Shown piece after piece: positions 1-8,277 of a stretch of 64,000 nt of DNA. Source of the DNA: Vicinamibacterales bacterium (lineage in GTDB: Bacteria; Acidobacteriota; Vicinamibacteria; Vicinamibacterales; UBA2999). Every line of letters starts with the position of its first letter. The first letter of the stretch is position 1. The stretch is taken from NCBI GenBank assembly GCA_036507475.1, contig DATCJA010000021.1:9402-73401 (forward strand). Reading direction: 5' to 3'. Under the pieces are notes generated by a model, which made no database searches, had not been told where the DNA came from, and saw only the letters and a list, made by a program, of their open reading frames with translations. Made by a program: the position numbers and the translations under genes.

Positions 1-1
1 G

Positions 2-664
2 GGTGACTTTCCCGACTCGCGGGTATTTTTTCCGACCGACCCGGCCGCGAGCCTTGCACGTCAGCCGGACTTCCTGCACGGCGGCGTGGCGGTGACGGCC
101 GATACACGCGACGATCACGGCCGTCCAACGAGCGGCGGGCGCTATCGCGCGGCGTTGACGACCTACTCGGACCGGACGACCAGCATCTTCAGCTTTCGTC
201 AGTACGAGGCCGAGGCGACGCAGTTCGTGCCGCTGGCCGACCGACGCTGGGTTCTGGCGTTTCGCGGCTGGGCCGTGCTGAGCGACGTTGCCCCCGGCCA
301 TGAGATTCCGTTCTACCTGCTGCCAAGCCTCGGCGGCCACAACACGCTCCGCGATTATCACAACTTCCAGTTTCATGATCGCAATGCGCTCGTGGTGAAC
401 GCCGAGTCTCGATGGGCCGTGTTCACACACCTCGACGCTGCTGTGTTTTTCGACGCCGGCAACGTCGCGGCGGCCGCCAGGCAGTTGAACCTGGACAAGA
501 CTTCGTACGGCGCTGGACTGCGGGTGCACACCGAGCGCGCGACCATCGCGCGATTCGACGTGGCCACTGGGGCGCAGGGATGGCAGATCATGTTCAGAAC
601 GAGCGACCCCTTTCGGCTTTCACGTGGCAGGCGACACGTCGCGGCTATTCCGTTCACGCCGTAA
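2..664 (+). CDS. Omp85/BamA-family (surface antigen D15) outer-membrane beta-barrel protein, C-terminal part. The 5' end lies outside the window.
   Basis: The frame is open from position 2 to the stop at 662-664. Segments LPSLGGHNTLRDY, AAVFFDAGNV and YGAGLRVHT look like the last beta-strands of Omp85-type barrels. Confidence 0.6.
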   Translation, partial: GDFPDSRVFFPTDPAASLARQPDFLHGGVAVTADTRDDHGRPTSGGRYRAALTTYSDRTTSIFSFRQYEAEATQFVPLADRRWVLAFRGWAVLSDVAPGHEIPFYLLPSLGGHNTLRDYHNFQFHDRNALVVNAESRWAVFTHLDAAVFFDAGNVAAAARQLNLDKTSYGAGLRVHTERATIARFDVATGAQGWQIMFRTSDPFRLSRGRRHVAAIPFTP

Positions 665-677
665 CCGGGGTCCGAAC

Positions 678-1712
678 ATGAAAGGTCGCCGGCGCACGCG
701 CGGAACGTTCTCTGCCGTTCTGGCGATCGCTCTCGCACTCGGCACGTCGACGGCGCGGCCTTCCGTGGCGCGCGAGGCCGAATCGCTGTCGGCGCTGTGG
801 GAACAGCCACAGGACCTGCGCGGGCGCGATCTCTTTTACGGCCCGTGGGGCGCTGCACACGCACCCGACCCGCGCGCCAGCTACACATTCATCCGTCCCA
901 AGGAGGACGGCACGAACCCTGGCGTTGTCGTGCAAGATCCGCTCGGACAGACATGGCACGTCAAGCAGCCGTCTCAGCGCTGGGCCGAGGGGCCCCCGGA
1001 GGTGGTGTTGTCGCGCGTGCTCTCCGCCGTCGGGTACCACCAGCCTCCTGTGTACCTCCTGCCGTCGTTCACGATGACCGATGCGTCCGGCGCGCACATC
1101 GAGCCTGGAGGACGGTTCCGATTGGAGCACGAGTCCCTTACGGAGCAAGGCAACTGGTCGTGGCGGATGAACCCCTTCGTCGGGACGCCGCCGTACCAAG
1201 GGCTGCTGGTGATCCTGCTGATGTTCGCCAGCACCGACCTGAAGAACTCGAACAACACGCTCTACGAGGTCGCGCGCGATGGTGGAGCAGAGCAGTGGTA
1301 CGTGGTTCGTGACCTGGGTGGGGCGCTCGGTGAGTACGGGCTTTTCCGGCCGATGCGGAATGATGCAGCGCTGTTCGAGGTGCAGCCCTTCATTACCGGT
1401 GTCGCCGGCGGCTTCGTCGACTTTGACCATCCGATCAAGCAGCGGATGCTCATCAAAGGACGAATCACCCCGAATGAAGTGGCGTGGGCGAGCAACCTGC
1501 TGGCCGGATTGAGCGACCGCCAATGGCACGATGCGTTCCGCGCGGGCGGCTACGAGCCGGACGTGGCTGCGCGCTTCATTCGAAAGCTTCGCCTCAACAT
1601 CGCCCACGGGCAGCAGCTCTCGTCGACCCACGCGCGGTCCGACTCGACACGCGCTGACGAACGCTTTTCACACGCACGTAGCTTTTCACACGGACGTAGT
1701 GTCCGGCTTTAG
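678..1712 (+). CDS. Secreted hypothetical protein with kinase-like core motifs
   Basis: ATG 678 gives a signal-like N-terminus, MKGRRRTRGTFSAVLAIALALGTSTA. Internal FASTDLKNSNNTLY and VVRDLGGALGE resemble a D-x-K-x-x-N catalytic loop plus a D-x-G pair. The last codons read through a REP-like hairpin. Confidence 0.55.
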   Translation: MKGRRRTRGTFSAVLAIALALGTSTARPSVAREAESLSALWEQPQDLRGRDLFYGPWGAAHAPDPRASYTFIRPKEDGTNPGVVVQDPLGQTWHVKQPSQRWAEGPPEVVLSRVLSAVGYHQPPVYLLPSFTMTDASGAHIEPGGRFRLEHESLTEQGNWSWRMNPFVGTPPYQGLLVILLMFASTDLKNSNNTLYEVARDGGAEQWYVVRDLGGALGEYGLFRPMRNDAALFEVQPFITGVAGGFVDFDHPIKQRMLIKGRITPNEVAWASNLLAGLSDRQWHDAFRAGGYEPDVAARFIRKLRLNIAHGQQLSSTHARSDSTRADERFSHARSFSHGRSVRL

Positions 1713-1718
1713 CCGGAC
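1695..1718. repeat. REP-like palindromic element, copy 1 (CGTAGTGTCCGGCTTTAGCCGGAC)
   Basis: 7-bp stem GTCCGGC/GCCGGAC with a TTTA loop. Near-identical copies lie at 33358-33381 and 34475-34498. Confidence 0.8.
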
Positions 1719-1939
1719 CAGGGGAGGGTTTGCGACTCACCCTCTGATCGACTCGGCCTTGACTCGGTCAGCAGTCAGAAGTGTTCGATTTCGTTCCGTA
1801 GCTGCCTTCGCGGGCGCATCGATGCATTGCACACTACGGCGCCGAAGCCGTCGACGGAGGCGGACAAACGAAAAGGTCGCCACAAACGGGCGACCTTCTC
1901 GTGCCGGTACAGCCGGTTGCCGGGGCTGCCATGCCCGCG

Positions 1940-4033
1940 CTATTTCGCGAGGGGGCTCGGTCGCACCTGGAACTTCACCACCTTCGGCCTGGTGCCCTTG
2001 CCGCCCTCTTGGTGCCAAGGCGTGTACATCGAGTAGCTCGACCAGAGCCCGCGGCCCTTCCAGCCGGCTTTCGGGTCGTCGATCCGTCCGGCCGCGTGAC
2101 GAGCGGAGAATCCCAGCGGGTAGGGCACGCGCAAGGTCAATGTCTTCATCTGACCGTTCTGCGGCATCACGACGAAGAATGAATCGGCGTTGAAGTCGCC
2201 GCCCAACAGAACGTCCTCCCCGAGACCGAGCGCGTCGTGGTGATCGATGTTCGTCAGATACAGCATGTCCGTGCTGAGATCCGGCGCCCCCTTGAACGTG
2301 GGGCCGGGCTTGGTGTACTCGGTCCACCCCTCGGGGCACTGCTGACCGGTGGCGGTCGGTCCGTTCAGCACTTTGCACTTGCGGCGGTCGAAGCTGAAAA
2401 TCTTATGGACGCCCCGCCAGTTCTGCCAGACCACGCCGTGACTGTCGACGGCCACCCCTCCGGAATAGGGCAACGGTATCGCAGACGGCGGCGGTTGATA
2501 GACCTCGGCCTTGCACGACTGCGGCGGGTTGGCGCCTCGCTCGATGCGAACGAGCGTCGTATCCTCGTGCTCGATGCCCGAGCACCAGATGCTCCCATCG
2601 GTCGGGCTGATGCCAATCGAGTAGCAGCCGAATTCGATCCGGTGGTCCCTCTTGGGATCGATCGGCTGATTCGGCTCGGTCCAGCCGGTGGAGATCCGAC
2701 CGTCGCCGTTGGTGTCCACAACCCCTGGGCACCATGCCTGCGAGGCGGCGCCGTCATGGGTCTTGTCGAACGCCACAGTGTCGACCCAGCCGATCGTATT
2801 TTCCTGGCCGAAGACAAGCGCGTCGTGTTCGTCGAACAGGTTATGGTCGGCGGCAAAGCAACTGTCGATCGCCGTGAACTGCTTCGTCTTCGGGTCGTAC
2901 ATCTGGATCTGCCGTGCGGCCGGGCCCGGCATCGGGAAGTAGTTGGCGAACTTGTTCGTCGCCCCGTCCTTGCAGAACGCCGGCTGCTGCTGTGGCGCGC
3001 GAATCCGTGCCGCAACCCACACGCGTCCTTTGCCGTCCATTGCCACGCTGCGAGGGTCGGCTTGCCGTTGCCAGATCTTCTCGTCCCCCCACACCGGAGA
3101 GCGCGGGGTGTTGGCATCGAGCACAGGTCCGTTCGACGGAATCTTGATCTCCGTCGACGAGTTCGTCCGCGGATCGAGCACGGCAAGAATGTCGGACGTC
3201 TGGATCGCCCCGTAGATCAGCCCGTTCGCGTTCAGCGTTGGCGTGCGCTCGTCGGTGCCAGCCGCATCGCTTCGTCTGCTGGTCGGCAGGGCCCAGTCCC
3301 ACATCGATATCACGAGGTTGCGCTCGACGCCCGTGGGACGCGGCGGCGCTTCGGGATAGGCGCCGGCGGCGATCCGATCGGTCCAATCGGCGAACGCCTT
3401 GCGCTGCGCCCCGAGGCGCTTGAAGACGCCGCTCATGTTGACGCCGTTGGGTCCCATCATCACGTGGTGATCCCAGGCATCAAGGGTCGAGGCAAACGAG
3501 CCAACGCCCTTCGACAGTTCACGAGTCGCACGGGTGCCCACCTGATGGCACGAGAAGCACGCTTTGGTTTCCAGCGCGAACTCTTTGGCGGAGTGTTCTC
3601 CCTCGGGAATCTCCAGCAGGCTGAGCCAGTAATTTGCCGGATACACCTGAGCAGCGGCGCGTGCGTCCGGCGCGACGACCGCCTTGAGGTCGAGGCGTTG
3701 TCCGAGTCCAGCGCGAACCCGCGGCGAATCCACCAAGCCGTAACCACGCACGAACACGTCGTATGTGGCTCGCGGCAGATCCGGCAGAGCGTAGCGCCCC
3801 TGATCGTCGGTGACGACCATCTTCGCGAACTTCGTCGGCAGCTCCGTGGTCTCGGCGATTACCCAGACGCCGGCTTCGGGACCTTTCGCGCTGGTGACGA
3901 CGCCGCCGATATCATCCGAATCGAGCGCGACTGCGGCGCCGCTGCGCTGCTGTGCGTTGATCCAGGTGAACGACGTCGCCAGTGCGCCGGCCACGACCAA
4001 CGAACCCAGTCTCAGATTCACCGGCAATTTCAT
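1940..4033 (-). CDS. Secreted CarboxypepD_reg-like domain protein with a c-type haem motif and a large C-terminal region
   Basis: Signal-like MKLPVNLRLGSLVVAGALA. The N-terminal GVWVIAE...DDQGRYALPDLP...YDVFVRGYG pattern fits the carboxypeptidase-regulatory fold. A CFSCH (CxxCH) motif is present. GGAG lies 6 nt upstream of ATG 4033; the track's longer ORF starts at TTG 4045. Confidence 0.75.
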   Translation of the reverse strand: MKLPVNLRLGSLVVAGALATSFTWINAQQRSGAAVALDSDDIGGVVTSAKGPEAGVWVIAETTELPTKFAKMVVTDDQGRYALPDLPRATYDVFVRGYGLVDSPRVRAGLGQRLDLKAVVAPDARAAAQVYPANYWLSLLEIPEGEHSAKEFALETKACFSCHQVGTRATRELSKGVGSFASTLDAWDHHVMMGPNGVNMSGVFKRLGAQRKAFADWTDRIAAGAYPEAPPRPTGVERNLVISMWDWALPTSRRSDAAGTDERTPTLNANGLIYGAIQTSDILAVLDPRTNSSTEIKIPSNGPVLDANTPRSPVWGDEKIWQRQADPRSVAMDGKGRVWVAARIRAPQQQPAFCKDGATNKFANYFPMPGPAARQIQMYDPKTKQFTAIDSCFAADHNLFDEHDALVFGQENTIGWVDTVAFDKTHDGAASQAWCPGVVDTNGDGRISTGWTEPNQPIDPKRDHRIEFGCYSIGISPTDGSIWCSGIEHEDTTLVRIERGANPPQSCKAEVYQPPPSAIPLPYSGGVAVDSHGVVWQNWRGVHKIFSFDRRKCKVLNGPTATGQQCPEGWTEYTKPGPTFKGAPDLSTDMLYLTNIDHHDALGLGEDVLLGGDFNADSFFVVMPQNGQMKTLTLRVPYPLGFSARHAAGRIDDPKAGWKGRGLWSSYSMYTPWHQEGGKGTRPKVVKFQVRPSPLAK

Positions 4034-4222
4034 GTGCTTCTCCAATCAGTTTGGACCGCTATGCGGCCCCAAACGCGAATTTTGTACTCGTTGTGAATCC
4101 GGCATAGCGGTCCTAGGCGCGCGGAGCGCGCCAAGAAGATGCTGCCAACCAGCCAAGGGCAATCATCACCGGGATATCAAGGGCAGGCCCTTGGCTGGTT
4201 CGCTGATGGCATTGACGATCTA

Positions 4223-4390
4223 ATTCTTCTGCTCCTTGAGAAACGCCAGGGTGTGGGTGACGCACTCGTCCGCGTTGGCAGCGGCGATGTGGTACGCGTC
4301 GCTGCGAATGACGACGAGCCTCGAGTTCGGAATCTGCACCTGGCCGTTCCAGTCATCTGGACCAACTTTTTCTGCGCGGTGACATCGTGG
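4223..4390 (-). pseudogene. C-terminal remnant of an alpha/beta-hydrolase-like gene with no start codon
   Basis: The minus-strand translation is PRCHRAEKVGPDDWNGQVQIPNSRLVVIRSDAYHIAAANADECVTHTLAFLKEQKN*. It resembles the last strand, catalytic-His region and C-terminal helix of alpha/beta hydrolases. It follows the TGA of the upstream gene directly, in the same frame. Confidence 0.3.
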
Positions 4391-5410
4391 TCACGACGTC
4401 CTCTTCTTGGCCGGAACCGGCACACCGGCGATCTTCACACTGACCATGTTCAGCGAAGACCTCGTGGTGAAATAGAGCGTCTTCCAATCGTCTCCGCCGA
4501 AGGCGACATTGGTCGTGGCGGGGAGGCCGTGCACGATGCGTCCGAGCTTCTTGCCGGTCTTGTCCATGATGTAGAGCCCGCCTGCGCCGCCGGTATAGAC
4601 GTTGCCGGCCGTGTCCACTTTCATGCCGTCAGGTACGCCCGGCTCGGGACCCCCCATGTCGGCGAACAGACGGCTCGTCTGCTTCGCAACCGTCCCGTTA
4701 GGCAGAAGATCGTACGCCCGGACGATCCGGCGCCTCGCGTCAGTGACGTAAAGGACGGTTTCGTCGGGCGAGAGCGCAAGCCCGTTGGGCCCGATCAGAT
4801 CGTCGATGATGAGCGATATGGATCCGAGGTCTGGCGAGACGCGGTACACGGCCGCCACCGTGACGTCGAACTGATCGGGCGCGAGTGGTCCTCCCGGATC
4901 GGTGAAATAGATCGTGCCGTCGGATTTCACAATGACGTCGTTCGGTCTGAGCAGGCGTTTGCCCTGGAAGTTATTGGCGACGACGGTGATGCTGCCGTCG
5001 GGATCCTCGCGTGTCACGCGCCGCGTCGCATGTTCGGCCGAGATCAAGCGGCCCTGGAGGTCGCGCGTGAGTCCATTGGCCTCGTTGGTCGGCGTCTTCG
5101 CGACGACGACGCCCTGGCCCGGCGTGTACTTCATCCGGCGGCTGGTCTGGATGTCGTTGAACAGAAGATAGCGGCCTTCGGCGATCCACACCGGGCCTTC
5201 GGCCGGGCCGGCGTTGCCGCCGAAGCCGGTGGCCAGCTCGCGGATGGACTGTGACGTGTCGATGATGGCATCCAGTTCGGGCGCCAACCGTTCGATTCGT
5301 TGTGCGCTTTGCGCCCACGCGCCGCGTGCGCGGCCCAGGAGTGTGAGACCGCCTGCCGCTCCAACTATCTCGAACATGCGCCGGCGGGAAATCCTGTCAC
5401 CTACGTGCAT
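4391..5410 (-). CDS. SMP-30/gluconolactonase/LRE-family beta-propeller protein with a Tat-type signal
   Basis: SRRRMFEIVGAAGGLTLLG twin-arginine leader. GPVWIAEGRYLLFND, LRPNDVIVKSDGTIYFTDP, PNGLALSPDETVLYV and PDGMKVDTAGNVY are typical SMP-30 repeats. Confidence 0.85.
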   Translation of the reverse strand: MHVGDRISRRRMFEIVGAAGGLTLLGRARGAWAQSAQRIERLAPELDAIIDTSQSIRELATGFGGNAGPAEGPVWIAEGRYLLFNDIQTSRRMKYTPGQGVVVAKTPTNEANGLTRDLQGRLISAEHATRRVTREDPDGSITVVANNFQGKRLLRPNDVIVKSDGTIYFTDPGGPLAPDQFDVTVAAVYRVSPDLGSISLIIDDLIGPNGLALSPDETVLYVTDARRRIVRAYDLLPNGTVAKQTSRLFADMGGPEPGVPDGMKVDTAGNVYTGGAGGLYIMDKTGKKLGRIVHGLPATTNVAFGGDDWKTLYFTTRSSLNMVSVKIAGVPVPAKKRTS

Positions 5411-5550
5411 GACGATCCTCCTGTGCGAGTGTGCGCTCGATGCCGAACCGTGCGTGGTACCCGAGGCCAGCGTGGCCCTGGTGTGATCTGGTGCGACCTA
5501 GGAGGTGTCCGAAAACGGCCGTATGGTAACTCAAACCGAGCATGATCTAT

Positions 5551-6624
5551 TCAGCCGTTGAAACTGTGGTCGCGCGCAAAGACAATCGCCTGCGCGCGCG
5601 ACCAGACGCCGAGCTTGTCGAACAGGTGCGACAGATGATTCCGGACCGTCTTCTCGCTGATGCCGAGCCGTTCGGCAATTTCTGCGTTGCTCAACCCCTC
5701 GGCCAGCAGCGCCAGCGTCTCGCGTTCCCGGCGCGAGAGCGCCTCGAATGCCGGGTCGGGGCTGGGCGCCGACGCCGCCTGTCCCGTGAACTCGAGGACC
5801 GCGTCCTGGAACCGCGTCCACGCCGGCTCGTGTTCCAGCAGCACGTGATTGCGCGAGTCGAGCTCGGCGAACTGCGCCCCGGGGATTTCCGACGCCAGCA
5901 AACGGCCCTCGGAGAGCGGCGCGATCGCGTCGTCGCGCGCGTGCAGGATGAGCGTCGGGGTCCGGACGCGCGTGAGCAACGCCGTGACATCCGTATCGGC
6001 GCGCGCGCGCAGGAGCGTGCCCGCCAGCGCCGGTGACGTGGTCCTCCGGCACAGCTCGTTGAACCAGCGCAGCTGCTCCTCGGTTCCTTCAGGAATGAAA
6101 CGCGACGTGAACACCTGGCGAAACGCCGGGTTGTCGCTCCCCCACAGGCTGGCCAGATCGACGATCGCCTCGTAGACGCGCCGCGCCTCGCCGTCGCCGC
6201 GGCGCAGCGCGCCGCGCGCGAAGCCGCCGCACAGCACCATCTGCGCCACACGCTCGGGATGCCGGGCGGCGTAGGCGATGCAGACTGATGCCCCGTGCGA
6301 GATGCCGAGCAGCACGAAGCGATCGGTCAGGCCGGCCACATCGATGACGGTCTCGAGATCCAGCACGCGGCGCTCCAGCGACAAGTCGCGGATGTCCCAG
6401 TCGCTCATCCCGCAGCCACGCTCGTCGTACCGAACGAACCGGAAGTGGCTGGAGAGAAATGCGATCCAGTGCCGCCAGACGGGACTGTCGAGATCGTATT
6501 CGAGATGCGTCAACCACGTGGCGGCCTTGACGAGCGGTATCCCGCTCCCCGATTCGGCCCAGCCGAGGCGCACTCCGTCCGACGCCTGGACATACCGGAC
6601 CGTCTGTCGGGTTCTGACGGGCAT
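5551..6624 (-). CDS. Alpha/beta-hydrolase domain fused to a C-terminal LuxR-type HTH regulator
   Basis: N-terminal FVRYDERGCGMSD and GISHGASV (nucleophile elbow). The C-terminal LSRRERETLALLAEGLSNAEIAERLGISEKTVRNHLSHLFDKLGV is a LuxR/GerE HTH. AAGGTGG lies upstream of ATG 6624. Confidence 0.8.
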   Translation of the reverse strand: MPVRTRQTVRYVQASDGVRLGWAESGSGIPLVKAATWLTHLEYDLDSPVWRHWIAFLSSHFRFVRYDERGCGMSDWDIRDLSLERRVLDLETVIDVAGLTDRFVLLGISHGASVCIAYAARHPERVAQMVLCGGFARGALRRGDGEARRVYEAIVDLASLWGSDNPAFRQVFTSRFIPEGTEEQLRWFNELCRRTTSPALAGTLLRARADTDVTALLTRVRTPTLILHARDDAIAPLSEGRLLASEIPGAQFAELDSRNHVLLEHEPAWTRFQDAVLEFTGQAASAPSPDPAFEALSRRERETLALLAEGLSNAEIAERLGISEKTVRNHLSHLFDKLGVWSRAQAIVFARDHSFNG

Positions 6625-6761
6625 CAGCCCACCTTCCGCGCGCCCGTTCCGGGACATTCGTCCCATGGGAGCACGCGCGATTGTAGCGGACTCGGGACAT
6701 TGATCGGATAGCGCCGCGCAGCGTCGCGGCGCATCCTCAGGACCTCAGAGCAGGAGGTCCC

Positions 6762-7535
6762 ATGGTGACACGCATAGCGTTCTTCGTTTACGGTTCCCTC
6801 GCGTACGTGCTGTTCCTCGCCACCTTTCTGTACGCGATTGCCTTCGTTGGCGGATTCGCCGTGCCGACGCAATTGGACGGCCCGGCCACGACCCCGTTCG
6901 CGACGGCGCTCGCCATCGACACGGTGTTGCTCGGCGTGTTCGCCGTGCAGCACAGCGTCATGGCGCGCCGCTGGTTCAAACGGCGGTGGACGCAGATCGT
7001 GCCGTGGGCGATCGAACGGTCCACGTACGTGCTGTTCGCCAGCCTGGCGCTGGATTTGTTGTTCTGGCAATGGCGTCCGCTCGGCGGGCCCGTGTGGACG
7101 GTCGATCACCCCGTCGCACACGCGCTGGTCTGGACAATCTTCGCGTGGGGATGGCTGCAGGTCCTGGTGGTGACGTTCTACATCAACCACTTCGACCTGT
7201 TCGGCCTGCGGCAAGTGTGGCTGCACCTGGTGGGACGTCACTACACGCGGGTTGGCTTCGCCACCCCGGCGCCGTACCGCCTCGTCCGGCACCCGCTGTA
7301 CCTCGGATTCCTGTTGGCGTTCTGGGCGGCGCCTACGATGACGGCGGCCCACCTGGTGTTCGCCGTCGCCACGACCGCCTACATCGTGCTGGCGATTCAG
7401 TTCGAGGAGCGCGACCTCGCGCACGAGCACGGCGCCCCGTATCAGGACTACCGGCGCCGCGTGCCGATGCTGCTCCCGAGCCTGCTCGGACGGTCGGTGC
7501 CAGAGAACGCGCCGGAACAGGCCTCGATGAGGTGA
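6762..7535 (+). CDS. Polytopic membrane methyltransferase of the ICMT/PEMT superfamily, MddA-like (methanethiol S-methyltransferase family)
   Basis: Several hydrophobic helices. The C-terminal YRLVRHPLYLGFLLAFWAAPTMT...AIQFEERDL block is typical of ICMT-like S-adenosylmethionine methyltransferases. Its size (257 aa) fits MddA-type proteins. Confidence 0.65.
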   Translation: MVTRIAFFVYGSLAYVLFLATFLYAIAFVGGFAVPTQLDGPATTPFATALAIDTVLLGVFAVQHSVMARRWFKRRWTQIVPWAIERSTYVLFASLALDLLFWQWRPLGGPVWTVDHPVAHALVWTIFAWGWLQVLVVTFYINHFDLFGLRQVWLHLVGRHYTRVGFATPAPYRLVRHPLYLGFLLAFWAAPTMTAAHLVFAVATTAYIVLAIQFEERDLAHEHGAPYQDYRRRVPMLLPSLLGRSVPENAPEQASMR

Positions 7536-7538
7536 CCT

Positions 7539-8249
7539 ATGCGGATCCTCTACGTCTTTCCGCACCCGGACGACGAGTCATTTGGGCCGGCGCGTGCCAT
7601 GGCGGCACAGCGACGTCAGGGGCATGAGGTCTATCTCTTGACACTGACCAGAGGCGAAGCAACGAACGTACGGCACAAGTTCGGCTGGACGTTGGAAGAG
7701 ATGGGCCGAGCGCGCCATCGCGAGATGCAGGATGTGAAAGCAACGCTGGAGCTGGCGGATATGCGGGTTCTCAATCTTCCAGATGGCAAATTGAAGGAGC
7801 TCGACCCCTGGAGCGTTGAGGAGGTCATCCGGGAAGAAATACTCCGCGTCAAGCCGCATGTCGTTGTGACGTTCCCGGTGCACGGGATCAGCGGATTCCA
7901 CGACCACATCGTGACGCACGCTGCTGTCACGCGCGTCTACCTCGAATTACACGGTCTGGAGCACCCCTGGTTACAGCGCTTGGCGTTCTTCACTGTCGTC
8001 GCGGCGCCGGCCACTTTTCCGTGGCACGTGAACATCACGAAGCCGGAGGAAATCGACTGCGCCTTCGACGCGTCGGAAGCTGACATGGAACGGTTTCACA
8101 AGGCACTCGACTGCTACGTGACGTACGTGGACGTCATTGCTGCGACGAAGATTCACGAAGTGTTCGGCAAGGACATTCATTTCGAGATTTTCAGGGAGGA
8201 TCACAAGCCGCCGTTGAGGGATCTCTTCGACGGCCTCCAGGATGGGTAA
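7539..8249 (+). CDS. PIG-L/LmbE-family N-acetylglucosaminyl deacetylase
   Basis: ILYVFPHPDDESFG is the hallmark (A/P)HPDDE zinc-binding motif. The start lies 4 nt after the stop of the upstream gene. Confidence 0.85.
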   Translation: MRILYVFPHPDDESFGPARAMAAQRRQGHEVYLLTLTRGEATNVRHKFGWTLEEMGRARHREMQDVKATLELADMRVLNLPDGKLKELDPWSVEEVIREEILRVKPHVVVTFPVHGISGFHDHIVTHAAVTRVYLELHGLEHPWLQRLAFFTVVAAPATFPWHVNITKPEEIDCAFDASEADMERFHKALDCYVTYVDVIAATKIHEVFGKDIHFEIFREDHKPPLRDLFDGLQDG

Positions 8250-8277
8250 CGCTTGGACCGCTTGGAATAATCGATAG

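Noticed and set aside
2237-4096. A 619-aa plus-strand ORF
   Set aside because: It lies antisense to the well-supported CarboxypepD_reg/cytochrome c gene. Its composition is Arg/Gly/Ala/Pro-rich and low in complexity, as is typical of shadow ORFs in high-GC DNA. No recognisable motifs.
4391-4393. Programmed read-through or selenocysteine at the SMP-30 TGA, followed by the in-frame hydrolase-like tail
   Set aside because: No SECIS-like hairpin follows the TGA. The SMP-30 domain is already complete before the stop. The tail looks like the end of a separate gene, so the shared frame is most simply chance.
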